A stretch of 64,000 bases of DNA from Schmidtea nova. Its lineage: Eukaryota. The stretch covers positions 110,236,001 to 110,300,000 of the forward strand of contig CM097884.1 in NCBI GenBank assembly GCA_044892505.1, written 5' to 3'. How positions within the stretch are numbered: position 1 is the stretch's first letter; every line of letters begins with the position of its first letter. Shown in pieces: positions 12,787-27,443 of the stretch. The notes beneath the pieces are model-generated. The model was not told where the DNA came from and made no database searches. It worked only from the letters and a program-made list of their open reading frames with translations. The position numbers were made by a program, and so were the translations under genes.

Positions 12787-15335
12787 ATGCCTCTACCAAG
12801 GAATCACCATTTTATACTCTCAAAAAGCCTGAGCCAGACTCAAACCTTGGATTTACGGAATCTAGCTGGAATCAATGAAAAGATGGCAAAGTTATACAGC
12901 CAATTATACTTCCTGCGTTGTTGTAAAGAATCAAACGTGTATCCAACGACTATTGACAACATCCATCTACCACTAATTCTAAAGCAAAATAAAAACAACA
13001 AGCTTAACAAAATCATAAAAGAACGTAGATTATCAAGTCTAATCAGAAGCCAGTATGGAGAAGTTCACCGAGAAAGAAAGAAACAAGAAACTGTAACTCT
13101 AGCATGTACACTAAAACATCCAAGAGACTTAGTATACGAAGTACAGAGACAAACGTTCGTCACAGCAAAGACACATCATTTTCTAAGACTAAAAAGTAGA
13201 TTCATGAACCTCTTAGAAAAGAATGAAGTAAAAACAGGCCCCAATACGTACATAAATAAATCAGACAAGAATATCTCCATTAATTATGATAAAGGTGAAC
13301 TAGTAACCGATCTCACAAATAGCCTAACCAACAGTGACAAAGGATTACTATCACTCGGTCCAAAATTAAGTTTAAACAGCAAAATCACTGATGAAATCCT
13401 ACTTAATATCAAAGCCGCCCTATGTCGATTAGCATACCAAATCAAATGGGACGATCACATATCTGAGACCGATAAGCAGAATAAGTTCCCTGTCTACACA
13501 AACACAGATAGACTGTACACTCCCTATCCTAATACAGAACTTGATTCGACTCTATCAAAGGTTTGCAACAAAATTGTATGCATTATAGAAAAGAGAAAAT
13601 GAAACCATACAATTCAAATTTATCGACCTATGAACAGGCTACTTTAAAATCCCTTAGACTCAAACCAAACATCTACCTACCAAGTGACAAATGAGGCGAA
13701 TTTTGCATAATTGAGAAAAGCCGTTATTGTGAAGCAGCCTACGAACACCTTAACGATACAAATACATATAAAGAGACGAAACGTATGTCAGCAAACACCA
13801 TTGAAGGAAAGATTAACAAAGTATTCAAAAGAATCAGCAGGAAAAGAAGTATCAAAGAAAGTTCTGTCAAAAGCTTTATAACAAAAAACTCAAACCGTCC
13901 AAAATTTTACTGTTTAATTAAAACCCACAAAACAGGTCCCGCGATCAAGATTAGACCAATTGTATCCAATACAAAAGGTCCAGCAACCAAAGTAAGTTGG
14001 TTTCTCTCCAAAATTCGGAAACCGTTGCTAGACAAAATACCACACCATCTTCAAAGCAGTGACTGTCTTATGTCAAAATTGAATAAAACAAATAAAAAAC
14101 CCATGCAAAATTCAATTATCCCTTTAGCCTCGATGTGGTATCCCTATACACCTCTATCCACCCTAAAGATGCTATAGATTGTTTAGAAAGAAAGTTATAA
14201 AAATGTAAACTTACAATAAATTAGATGCAGACAGAAGACATCATTGAACTTCTAACTGTAATTCTCGCAAACACCTACTTTACATTTGAACAGAAAGTAT
14301 ACCAACAAGTGAGAGGCCTGCCAATGGGCTCTAGTATTTCAGCCATACTAGCGATTATATTCATGGATTATCTCGAACAACAAACACTGATAACCATAAA
14401 TACCATTGGTATATACGCACGATATGTAGACGATATATTTATCACGACAAATAGCAAAATGGAAGCGGAAGAAATATTTCGTATCTTCAACGTGGCACAC
14501 AATGACATAAAATTCGAGATTGAATACCCGAAAGAAGACGGATCCCTCGAACTATTGGATCTGAGAATAAAAATCAACTCAGACACACCAGCATATGGGT
14601 TCTTCAGAAAATCAGCCCGCAAAGAAATTTTTTTGCACCAAAGATCAGCACTTCCTCATCTGCAGAAGGTAAATGTCATTAGAAATGAGAGACAAAGGAT
14701 AGCTAATCGATGCACAAATGAAGAGGACAATTCAGTACAACAAAGAATATTTACAGAAGTCCTGAATCGTAATGGATACCATAATATTAACGTGATCAAC
14801 AAAGTAAAATTCAACCAGAGAAGGCAGAAAGACCTACAAAAGGAAAAAAATATTTCTACCTTCGAATTCCTTTCATCGAAATTTCATGATCATCAAAGAA
14901 CTTAATCTCACTGGCCTTCCGATTCGTTTGGCACATAGATCTAAGACATTAGGGCAAGCTCTAGCTAACAACACGAGAAAGGAAATTACATGTAAGATGG
15001 AAAATTGCCAAACACCAAATAAAATATGCTTTCGCAAGAACATTGTCTATAGCATCATGTGTAATAAATGTGAAGAAATTTACATCGGAAGCACCCTTCG
15101 GACTTTCATCAGAGAATTAAAGAACATCTTGATCTTGGTGGTAAGTCATCTGTATATAGACATCTTCACCAATGTCAGACAGAAAATAAGGAAAAATTAA
15201 TATAAGTGAGAATATTGACAAACGAAAATGACGAAAATATCTCAGACTTAAAGAAGTTATTCTCATTAGAGGCAAACACCCAAAAATTAACTCTAAAGAG
15301 GAAGTAACCAAAATCGCCCACTTGTTATTTTGTTA
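12787..15335 (+). mobile_element. Penelope-like retroelement, fragmented ORF (RT + GIY-YIG endonuclease)
   Basis: ORFs 12787-13602, 13785-14177, 14225-14905, 14886-15200. RT motifs GLPMGSSIS and YARYVDDIF; GIY-YIG NIVYSIMCNKCEEIYIGST. Confidence 0.92.
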
Positions 15336-17884
15336 AAAAATGTGGTTCTACAAAGACGAAAGTATAAAAATAAAAGGAAGATATAAAAAAAGAAGAAAGA
15401 AAAGTGATAGTACAGAGAATTTATGGGCATTGCAAAGAGATATAATTAAATTTTAAAATTAAAAAAATAAAATTCAAATAAAAGGGTTGGAAAATTAAAA
15501 GTGTAGAATACAGACAATGAAAAATTTAAAATTTTCAATTTTTAAAAAAAAGGATATTTTATCAATAATTATTATCATTACAAAATTGATATAATAATAA
15601 TTGTAATATCATTATGATAATTATTAAAATAATTAAAATAATAATGACAATAATTATAATTATCAATAAAATATAAACAATTGATCGGTTATTATCATTA
15701 TATATTTTCTTAATAAATTTATATTATTTTCATTATAAATCAAAATTTTCATTCATTTGACACAAATCTTTGGTACTGACTTTTTTTAAGTGTTTTAATT
15801 TTATTGTTTAAATTATGTGAATTCTCGATCTAACTTAATTTTCAACTGAAAAATATTGAGTCGTTAGAGAAAAATATTATATAAATAAATAAAATAAAAT
15901 TGAAAAAATCTTTTCTGTCGTTGGCATTGCTATGGCAAAAAATCCATTAACATTAATTTAGAAATGCATATAATTACGTATCGATTTATTCTGTTGCAGT
16001 TTTTTTTTAAATATTTTTTTATTCATTTCATTCACAAATAAATAAAAGGAAACTGGTAAATTTTCTCCATTATTGCACTTGTAACAATCGAGTATTGATA
16101 ACTAGAAATGTTTTTTTGTTTTCTCTTATATTTTTCAATTAATTCATTAAAACAATTAAAATCAAAATGAGAATGAACTGCAAATGAATCTCAACACTTG
16201 ATATGGAGTTTTTGTATCATTTTTTATTTATGTTTGTGGTCAAATAATAATAATAATTGTTATAATGATAATTAGATAATTATAGTTTCCAATTTGATAT
16301 AATAACTTTCAATTATTATTATTAGTATTTTTATAAATAAATCAGTTTTAGAGTTCATTATAGAGTTCAATCAATTACAACTGCAATCTTAATGCAATCA
16401 AAATTAATTCAATAGTTATGAAATTAACTAAAACATCAAAACGGAGTGTGTTGACTGATACACACCTTACAAATACAATGCGATTGGCTCCGAGTAGCAT
16501 ACCTTCGAATAGAGCAGACATATTAATAAAGCACAAATTTTCAAAATCCCATTAAGTTCGAATTCGTTAAAAATTACCACATGATGTGGTCCATATCACA
16601 TTGCATACCAAGATTATAATATTATATATATTATAAATATTATATATTATATATATTACATAAACAATGTATTTTTCATATTCATAATCAAACTAAACTT
16701 TTAAATGTAGTCGATTTCTTACCATGTGACCCAGATTTTCATATTGTCAAATATATATTACAAGGGAAAATTGTTCTGTCAGTATGTGACCTTCCTCAGT
16801 GTTGCGTCACACTGAACCGAGTAAAGTGAGAGAAAAGGTATTTTTTTTTAATTTTAAGCCCCGTTTACAAAAAAACGAGTAAATATTTTCAAATATATAC
16901 AGGATTATAGCACAAAGATTCAGTCTTTTGCAAAATATTTTCATTGAAAAAAATAGTTACAACAATAACAGAAAAATTCAGATTTCACCTCGTAGATTTA
17001 TTTTTAGATATTATTTTATTCGCCAACGTTTTGGAAAATTAAAACAAAGATATTAAGTCAGAATATAAAAAGTCGGGAGTCGTTTGTTCTTTTGTCGACT
17101 CATCGTCTCTGGTTTAAAGTCTCCCCTTTCCTTCATCACATGACGCAATCAAGTATAATGATGTAATAAGAATAATATAAATAATTATAAAATAACGGCT
17201 AAATATAGAAAAAGAAAACAATTTCTTCCGCTGAATTCATGCTAGGAAGATTGACTAGAATTTCAATGTGTTTTTCAGAAAGTGACATGAGAAAAAGAAA
17301 AATCTGTTGTTCAATATTTATAAATATGAATAATTTATTTGCACAAGTAACGCAGCTTGGTAGTTGTCTGTAATTGGTGAAATTCACTCTATTCAAACAA
17401 TCTATTCAAACGGAACTGGCCAATGAAAACAAATAATTGTTATGGTTACTACTGACAAATTAATACGTTGTTTTCAGATTAGTAAATGTTTTCTCTTTTG
17501 AAAAAAAAACTCACTTTTTCCCATTAATTATTTTCTGAAAATATTTCAACTCGTCATAAATGACAGCTCGGTAATAATATACCATTTTATCGTGAGTTTC
17601 AGCGTCATTTTTTAAATTTTTGCAAACGATAAATTATTATGATTAATAAAATATTTTTATGATATACGATTGGTTGAAGTTATTCTTCCGATTTTCAATA
17701 ATTACTATTGCAAGTATTGTAAAATAATATTAAATATAATATAACATTTAATGTAATAATAAATTAATATGGGAGATTTATAAAAACTTTAACAATAAGT
17801 AGGAACGAATTTTGTGAGACATTGGTGATTAGATACCAATCCCATACAATTAACATTCAATCAGCAACGAATTTATTGATATTA

Positions 17885-19148
17885 TTAGGTTGTCCGGAAT
17901 GAAATGTCCGAATAATATATAATAATTTTAAATCGTCATAACTTTTTTTTATAAAAACGTATTTCTTTATTTTAAAGTTCATTAAAAAGTGATTATTTCA
18001 AATTCAAATATTAAGTAAAATAAATAATAATTTAATTAATGTAAATTTCATTTTCAAATAAAAATGTACAAGTTAGAAAATCATGATTTGAGACTTCTTT
18101 ATTTATACGAGTGGAAATCAAAGAACAATTGAGTTGAGGCGGAGAGGAATACTAATAATGCTTTTGGAAGCGATAAAATTAATGAAAGTACTATAAGGCG
18201 TTGGTTTAAAAAATTTGATGACGCAGAAATTAATCTCGAAAATATGTCTCGCTGTAGACCCAAAATCAAGCTGTCGGGGAAAGTTTACGTGAAGCTGTTC
18301 AAAATTCAACAAAATCTGTTTGAGAATTTTCTATAGATTTGTCTGTCTCTAAAACAACCGTTCATGACAATATAAAGACAATTGGTATGGTCAAAAGGCT
18401 TCAAAAATGAATTGCAGAAATTAAACAGATTACAAACTTACTTATCTTTTGAAACACGACATCGGAAGTCATCTTTTCTTAATAATAATATTTCCTACGA
18501 TAAAAGATATATTCAACATGATAATCGTAAGCGGTCAGGCGAATAGCTGGATGAACATCAATGCCCAAATCAGTTTTCAAAACCGGAACTTCGCCAAAAG
18601 AAAGTCATGCTCTCAGTCTGCTGGTCTAAGTATAGTGTAATGCTTTATTGTTTTCTGAAAATGGATACAACAATCAGTTCTGTACGATACTGTGTAGAAC
18701 TAGAAAAATGCATTAAAAACTCATAATTAGTCACCCTGGAATTGTTAATAGAAAAGGTCCAATTATACTACATGATAACGCCAGGCCTCACGTACCGAAA
18801 GTAACTGTAAAAAAATTACACGACTTAGGATTTGATGTTTTACCGCATCCACTTTACTTATCCGTTCTGTAACAAACTGATTTCCACTTATTTAGAGATT
18901 TAAGTCTTTATATCAAGGGCAGGAGGTTCAAAGATTTGGAGGAGATCAAATCAACAGTTATCACTTTCTTGGATTTCAGACATGGGACTTTTTTAAAGAA
19001 GGTATAGAAAAGCTCCCTCAACGATGGCAAGAGTGTATTAATGTTGATGTATCATATTTTGATTAAATAATAAATGTTAAAATATATATATTTGTACGTC
19101 TTTTGAATTATAATCCATTTAGCGGACATTTCATTCCAGACAACCTAA
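17885..19148 (+). mobile_element. Degenerate mariner transposon (1264 bp)
   Basis: 26-bp TIRs TTAGGTTGTCCGGAATGAAATGTCCG (25/26 identical) with TA on both sides. Decayed transposase motifs (DNARPH ~18775; HP.Y....TDFHLF ~18845). Confidence 0.9.
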
Positions 19149-20399
19149 TATTTAATTAACTCTTTAAATTTTATTTATTACATCATTATTGTTTCCATAT
19201 AAAACATGTGGCACAGATTATGATTATAGGCTGGTGATGAGTATCATTTCTTTAAAATATATTTCATTTGTTTACCGTTTTTGTTTTTTTTATTAAAAAT
19301 GTGCTATCATTTTTTTAATATTTCGATATATTTGGTTTATATTTAATATATATTGTGACAAATTCCTTCTGTATAAGTTAAAAATAGTTTTGATTATACA
19401 ATATGAAAAAATAAAGATAATCAAAAATATAATTGCACCTGGAACATACAATTGAAGCAATATTTATACTACTTAGCAATTACATTAGATAGAAAGAAAG
19501 TAACATTGGCTTAATTAGTCGGTAATGATACAGAATAATCAATTACATCATACTTAGTTCTGTTGGGTTATTATTATTAAGTTGGTATAGATCTCTGACT
19601 TCTCTTGCTCATTTTACAAAATAAGTCACCCAGAACAATAACTTGTATTTAATTTCAATACACAATGACAATATCCTTAACTTTTGTTAATAATCTGCAC
19701 TTTTCAGCAATAGAGGTAGGTCTTCCAATGGTAGATCCCCCTTTCTTGTACTCAATAATTGACTTGAATTAAGACTCTGTATCTAACCTTCTGAATAATT
19801 TCTATAACTATTTTCGACCAAATGGCAGGAACATTAAATTCGCTTCTCTTTTTATAGTGTTTTTTAATTGAATAAGTGGTCAACGTCTCTTGATTAATTA
19901 ATATAGAAAAACAATTATGTTATTTAGATTCAGGTTTCCTTAACCATTCAGGCATTTCCATCTTCCCCGAGTTTCCTGATAATTAATTTGTTCGGGGTAA
20001 TTGATTTTACCACTGTGCACCTGGGCTTCCTCTACATCATTCAATTACCCCTAGTAATGAAATAACTTTATTATTGACTCGGGTTTCGCATACAGCTCGG
20101 AATTCCGATTAGTTATTAATTATTTATTCCATTAGTTACTTATTTTCTTTAATTAATATATATTTTTTCTTAATATTTCTTTCTTGGAATCACTTTTTGA
20201 TTTTATATTACCATATTTTGATTAGTCTCATCATTTGGTAATTTCTCATATCAGTTTTCCTGCTAAATCTTTATTTTTTAATTTTCAAAATTTTAATTAA
20301 TTTTTGTACTTGAATCATTACTTTTAAAACTTTTATGTTTTAACATATTTGCACATGCTTTTTTGATTTTTTTTTTGCTGAATATTTTTTGCATACATA

Positions 20400-20534
20400 A
20401 AATAGTAATAACATGAAATAGTAATAAAATAGTAATAAAATAGTAATAGTAATAAATAATAATAAAATAGTAATAAAATAGTAATAACATAAAATAGTAA
20501 TACATAAAATAGTAATAACATATTAATAACATAA
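20400..20534. repeat. Degenerate TAAAATAGTAA-type tandem repeat running into a gap
   Basis: Direct reading. Confidence 0.85.
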
Positions 20535-21393
20535 NNNNNNNNNNNNNNNNNNNNNNNNNNNNNNNNNNNNNNNNNNNNNNNNNNNNNNNNNNNNNNNNNN
20601 NNNNNNNNNNNNNNNNNNNNNNNNNNNNNNNNNNNNNNNNNNNNNNNNNNNNNNNNNNNNNNNNNNNNNNNNNNNNNNNNNNNNNNNNNNNNNNNNNNNN
20701 NNNNNNNNNNNNNNNNNNNNNNNNNNNNNNNNNNNNNNNNNNNNNNNNNNNNNNNNNNNNNNNNNNNNNNNNNNNNNNNNNNNNNNNNNNNNNNNNNNNN
20801 NNNNNNNNNNNNNNNNNNNNNNNNNNNNNNNNNNNNNNNNNNNNNNNNNNNNNNNNNNNNNNNNNNNNNNNNNNNNNNNNNNNNNNNNNNNNNNNNNNNN
20901 NNNNNNNNNNNNNNNNNNNNNNNNNNNNNNNNNNNNNNNNNNNNNNNNNNNNNNNNNNNNNNNNNNNNNNNNNNNNNNNNNNNNNNNNNNNNNNNNNNNN
21001 NNNNNNNNNNNNNNNNNNNNNNNNNNNNNNNNNNNNNNNNNNNNNNNNNNNNNNNNNNNNNNNNNNNNNNNNNNNNNNNNNNNNNNNNNNNNNNNNNNNN
21101 NNNNNNNNNNNNNNNNNNNNNNNNNNNNNNNNNNNNNNNNNNNNNNNNNNNNNNNNNNNNNNNNNNNNNNNNNNNNNNNNNNNNNNNNNNNNNNNNNNNN
21201 NNNNNNNNNNNNNNNNNNNNNNNNNNNNNNNNNNNNNNNNNNNNNNNNNNNNNNNNNNNNNNNNNNNNNNNNNNNNNNNNNNNNNNNNNNNNNNNNNNNN
21301 NNNNNNNNNNNNNNNNNNNNNNNNNNNNNNNNNNNNNNNNNNNNNNNNNNNNNNNNNNNNNNNNNNNNNNNNNNNNNNNNNNNNNNNNNNNNN
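20535..21393. other. Assembly gap (N-run)
   Basis: Run of N. Confidence 1.
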
Positions 21394-22499
21394 AAATGAC
21401 GGAATTAAAATAAATCATAGTTTATTATTTTTCATAAGACTTTTTATTTCGAATGACAAAAAAACATACTTAAAAATGTAAAAAACAGTTTTATTTTGTC
21501 AAAAATTTATTATATGTACATTGAACTGAACTTGAATAGTAGAAAAAAATAATAACTTAAAATTAAATAAATTAAAAAACTATTTAGCGTTATATACAGA
21601 ACGACAGTAATTATATAATAATTATTATTTTACGAAAAACTATCAAAATCCGAAACTCAGAGTATTTCAGAAATGAGAGCTAAACATTATCGCCATCCAT
21701 TTCAATATAAATATATATTAAAATTAGAAAGATTCTATTTTTAATTTGAAAACTGATTCCGAAGAAAACCGAAATCTTTAACGAAGCAATTACATTGGAT
21801 AATCTCGCTAGATTTACACATCAGTTTAAAATTTCCCTGGGTCTCCAACTGGATTTATGAATGATGGAAAATTAGAGAAATTTTAAAAATAAATTTAATA
21901 CATTTCGTTAGTTGAAATTTTCTAGACAATGCTAATAATTAAGTTATTGTAAATAAATTATTAAAATAAATAAATTTATTTTAATTTCTTGTAGCAGTTT
22001 TTTTTCAATTTCAATTATTTTCATTTCAAATCAATAATTTTATATAATTTTTGTAATTAATTTTAATTTTATTTTTATAAATATTATTAATATAATATTT
22101 TTTTGTTAATTAATCATTATTATTAACTATTATTCATTATCATTTTTAATAAAGATAAATCATTTTTACAAGATAAAGATCATATAATTTTTAATATTGC
22201 CAGTACTAAAAATTCTAATGCCATGTGCCTAAAAGAGACACTAGGCAAAAATTATTTATTATATAGTTTTAAAAATGGTTCAAACATCGCAGAGGCCCCC
22301 CATTAAATTGACTTACAAAATTCTACCACTACATCGGCACGCTCCATAATTAAATTAAAGGATAAAGACTAAAAAGGATTAAAACAACAATTGATATTGT
22401 CTGGAATAAAATATTTGTTTGGAATAAAATGTCCAATTATTCATGTATTTTTCCTATAAATTTTGGTGCACACGGTCATTATCTAGAATAATCAAAAAG

Positions 22500-23010
22500 G
22501 CAAAATGATTCGTTATCATATTTAAATCATGTAATCAAATAATACAGTTTTTGGTACCTTTTCTGTTGTATTCAAGAAAACCATCCCAATTAAGTATGAA
22601 GAATCAATTAGAACAAAACCTGTTCAAATCAAGAATGATTTCAAAACACTACAAATTAAAAATAAGTTTCACCCAGTGCAAATGTTTATGACCATAAAAT
22701 GGTTTTCTTGGTTAATAAAACACTACTCATCAACATTTGTCATTATTTTGCTTGACTAGCCTTTACTTGTATAATGTAAAACCTTAAACAATTTTGAGAG
22801 TAAAGGGTTTTTGATTGTGGCCTAATGACTCAAACTTTTCCATTTCTCTGAATTGTGCACTTTATAATTTTATAGATAATTCACTTACCCATTTAATGTG
22901 GTTACCATGATTATGTGTCAAGAACATATTTTGGTTACTTATAAACTCCAAGGGCAATAAAAAATACTCAATCCGGACAATATCCCTTTAGATAAAATCA
23001 TCCCGTACAT
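22500..23010 (-). pseudogene. Possible highly decayed MULE transposase fragment
   Basis: Stop-ridden minus frame with THNH and PRKPFYG, loosely resembling MULE HNH and CPKPFYQ motifs. Confidence 0.3.
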
Positions 23011-23031
23011 CGTTCCCGTATAGTTTTAAAG

Positions 23032-23421
23032 CATGGCTTCTTAAACTATGGGTCACCACCCTAAATGGGGTCGCTTAGTAAAATCCTGGAATCGCGAGAC
23101 TTTAATGTAAAATATTTAAATACACGAATTTCTAAAATCTAGACGTGTTATTGCAAAATTATGCAATTTTGATGAAAAATATGGCATATAATCTTTGTAA
23201 CTATAAATAAATACAATTTTACAATTTTTGTGCAATTTTTAATTTTAAGTTTTTGCATATTTCTAAACCAATTCTAAAACAATATTTTTACAAATGTATG
23301 TATAGTGTTACCTAATCAATAAATCATCGCAAATATTTTTATATCTCTCTTTTATATTTATACGGGGTTACCAAAAAATGATAAATGAGGTCATGAACGA
23401 AAAAAAGTTTAAGAAGCCCTG
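23032..23421. mobile_element. hAT (Charlie-like) MITE, 390 bp
   Basis: 16-bp TIRs CA(T/G)GGCTTCTTAAACT (15/16). The 8-bp flanks ttttaaag/cgttaaag match at 6 of 8 (decayed TSD). Confidence 0.8.
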
Positions 23422-24431
23422 CGTTAAAGTAATAACAATATTTATAATTATACGTGGGGGCTGACAAACGGATTCACCCGTGCTCTTTTTTGTGATAAAT
23501 GTATAAATTATGGATTTCAGCACCTGCTACTAAATCGGCGGTTATGAGCATTTTAGTGAAATTGGATCCGAAAGTAGCATTAAAAGAGGCATTTTGTCTG
23601 AGTTACTTAAAAGGGAGACTTTGAAGATTAATAATTTATGGAAAGAATATATTTGCATTATTAACTGCCTTCTCAGCTGATTACAATTGCAATCTGCCAT
23701 ATTTCTCAGGTTTTTATTTAGAGCTTTCGAAAGACTATTCATATAGTAATTTCTGGCAGCGTTATCATTCAAGCACTGAAATATTTTGGGAGGGGCATTT
23801 ATATGGGAAAGTATAAATTTATTCATTCCAAATGTTTTTTTATTATTTTATTGACTCTAGTAAAATTTGTAGTTTATCTAAACTGGTACCGGACAACCAC
23901 CGAATATAAACTTGTAAGTATTTATATTATATGTAAAATATTTCTATGGCTAATCGTGAAAATATCACTAAAAATCTTAAAATTTTTTTTTACCATTGAT
24001 CATTTTTATTTTCAATTACCAATTTTTTTAAATTTAAATTTGCAGACTTAAGATCAAAATTTTTATTTATTTCATACGAATTTTCGGCACATTTAAATAA
24101 AAAAATACTTCAAAACAAGAGCAAAAAATTAAATAAATAATCAAACAAAAATTACCACCAGTTTAAGAAATTTCATAAAATAATTCATTGAAAATGTTAA
24201 TCTCGAAATTTTCTCTCAGAATTATAATTAAATAAAAAAAATAAAATTTTGCTGTTTACTGATTAAAATATTTTGAACTGAGTTAATTAATAATTTGATA
24301 TAATAATTATTAGAAATAGAATTAAATATTACTGAAAGTTTGTTTTCTCCCATCTTTTTGTTGATTTATTTGCAAGGTGTATTTACATGAAATTTTCAAT
24401 CTCAAACAATAAATTCACTCTGCGAAATATT

Positions 24432-24581
24432 NNNNNNNNNNNNNNNNNNNNNNNNNNNNNNNNNNNNNNNNNNNNNNNNNNNNNNNNNNNNNNNNNNNNN
24501 NNNNNNNNNNNNNNNNNNNNNNNNNNNNNNNNNNNNNNNNNNNNNNNNNNNNNNNNNNNNNNNNNNNNNNNNNNNNNNNNN
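24432..24581. other. Assembly gap (N-run)
   Basis: Run of N. Confidence 1.
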
Positions 24582-24804
24582 CAACTCTTCTTCCATAATA
24601 TTTATTAAATTTTTATCACACTTTCAAAAATGTCCCCGTTTACTTCTGAATGTTAAAACACTGAGGCATTTGTAATTCTAATATTAATGAGGATATTGGC
24701 CATATATATAAAAAATTATATTAATATAAATATCTAAAATGTTACTCGTTAAATTAATTAATTAAATTATTTTTAATTTAAAAGGAGTTTTGGAACAGCT
24801 TACA

Positions 24805-24879
<75 letters not shown>
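24805..24879. repeat. (ATT)25 microsatellite
   Basis: Direct reading. Confidence 0.98.
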
Positions 24880-24881
<2 letters not shown>

Positions 24882-26990
24882 ATAATCAAAAAAACATGAC
24901 AATGATTTGTTAAGAGATAAACGCCAACTAATTATATTTCATATAAACGTGATTAATTTCAACCGACTAACAATCATTATCAGGCAAACAATCAGTATAA
25001 TCAATAATAAATAGAAAATACTAAATATTTAAACAAATTAATAAATAATAATCATCACCAAATAATATTAAAATTCAATTTTTAAAATACATCTTTACAC
25101 ACAAAAAAAAATTTTTATCCAAATAGAAAATAACATTTTTTGGAGCACAAAATTTTAAAAATGAAAAATATTCTCAAAAGAAAACGTAATTATACCAAAA
25201 ACACGATTCACTACATGCAACACCCAGTTACTTTCAAAATATTCGTGGAACTGCAACTTGAACATTAATTTTTAGATTGCAATATCTGTTCAAAAGTTAC
25301 TTGTTCTAAAAATTTACTCAAACTTTTTGCAATTATTTTAAAATCAGAGATACCTATTTTTATTGACACATTTCCTAAATTATCAGTAATATTAGTCTGA
25401 CCATTTAGTCGGCAATGATCAAGAACTCGTGTGCAGAGATGAAGGGCAGTCTCTTCATTGTATGTGGCATTACACCCATTACATGAAAATTGATACACGA
25501 GCTCAGAACACAAATCAAATCGCGTTGGACATTTATTAGTGAACATACAGCTAAGCTTTCAAGACGTGGAAACAATCCTATATTGATTCTTGTCTAAATG
25601 TTTGATAATATTATGCTTAAATTTTCTGAAACTCTCAGAATAAGACAATACTAATACATATTTCGTCTCAGTGCGATTAGATCGATTTTTGTCACTTTCC
25701 GAAATTAAAAAAGTACATTTATCAGAATAAATAGGCACTTTAGATCCAGGCACACCCATACCAAGATCATTATAATAAAACATTAATTTATTCAGAGTCA
25801 TTTTTGTCATTTTCTCAAGAAAAGTAACCATTTTTAAATAACGACTCAACCAAAGCCACGATACATTTTACTGAATTAATAAACATAGAAAATTATGATC
25901 AAACACGAAACGCCAATTCTCTCACCATATTCCCCTTATATTTAAATTTACAAAACCTCTCAGGTGTAGTATACAGACCAGTATCAGTCGACTTTCTATA
26001 TATTTCAGTCTGATAATGCTTGTCTTGCGTTGAATGAGTAAATCTTAAAATGCAATCGATGACATTTTTTTTTCTGCACAAGTGAATATAATGTTTGTAT
26101 GCATACCATTCATATAATTCAAAAAGGCCTTATATGTTCTCGACTCTCAAAAACCAAAAGAATTATCATCCACGTAACATTTGTACACAGTTGATTTAAT
26201 AAGATGGTATGGAGAGATTTTCCTTACCAAACTAGACATATTAATTGAAGCAACTGTAGGAGCTAATAAAGAACACATAGAGACACCATCCACTTGTTTG
26301 TACGATTCATTGTTAAACAGAAAATTAATATTCGACGTTGCAAATTCTAGTAATTTACAAAAAGCCACATTCTCACACACAGACTCATTTTTATTTCATA
26401 TCTTGCAACACAAATCAATCGTCTCTACCAAGGGAACATTAGTGAAAAGACCTTAAACATCAAGAGAAACCATAATTTCATCCTAAGTATTTTTGTTCAA
26501 CTGAGCAATAAATGAAGCAAATTTAAAGCTATTCTTACATTCAAACTCAGAAATTATTAAAACTTTTAATATCCTATCCAATACTATGCCTATTTTGTAT
26601 TGAGCAGTTCATACAATCAATAACTCTGGTCTCATATGCATACCTTCTTTGTGCCCTTTTGAAAGTTCATAAAGTTTTGATGGTTAGATATATGGATCTC
26701 ACCAAATCTACATCAATATCTTTATTATCAGACAATTCTTTTAACAGTTTTTCAGATCTTTCAACAAATCTTTCAGATGAAGTAACATCCCATTTTTACG
26801 GCCAAATCCTATTTTCACAAACTGAGGAGGTCATAAAACATCATTCAATTTGTTCACATATGTTGAGGTTCCCAGAATCTCAATTTGGTATCTTATATAA
26901 ATAAATAAGATAACACTGGTTCAAAGATTTTATTCAATATATGACAACTATAACTACCTGATAAAAAGTTACAATTTCACAATGAATAAT
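24880..26990 (-). mobile_element. Degenerate Penelope-like retroelement
   Basis: RT relics YKQVDGVSM.S.LAP, YKCYVDD and YRKSTDTG; GIY-YIG LVYQFSCNGCNATY. The 3' end shares sequence with the foldback arms. Boundaries approximate. Confidence 0.85.
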
Positions 26991-27443
26991 GTATTTTTTA
27001 TATATATATGCGTGTTTGTGTGTTCAAATACGTCTCTGAGATCGATATACTGTATACTCGAGTTTAGTATTTCAAAGTCAATTACAACTGAGAAATTCTT
27101 CTTAAGTGAAGTTTTAATGGGAGCTTTGACTGAGGAAAACGTCGGCTTATATAGTGTAATTCTGTAAATTTTTACTTTGAGTGGTAATGGCTATCATAAT
27201 ATTTGTTTTCAATTAATAATTTTATATTTTTAAAATTACAGACGCCAGTTACTATTTTTTGGGTTATATTTTTTCTCAGCATCCCTGGGCTTTAAAATGC
27301 AAGGGTTGGTGCTTATATATCAGGGTTTGATGTCTGTGCATCATTTAACTCATCTTTTCTATGTTAAATCATGTTAATCGTATTTTTTGATTTTCTTGTT
27401 TAAATGACTGTTTTTATTATTATTATTTTATTTAGAACATTTG

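Noticed and set aside
16740-17160. GC-richer islands with TGACGCA/TGACCT-like motifs as enhancers
   Set aside because: Short motifs expected by chance, with no linked gene.
19560-19860. Possible Tc1-like HTH fragment (GRPTS)
   Set aside because: Too short and degraded to support.
9427-24608. ORFs containing long X runs
   Set aside because: They are open only because they cross N gaps.
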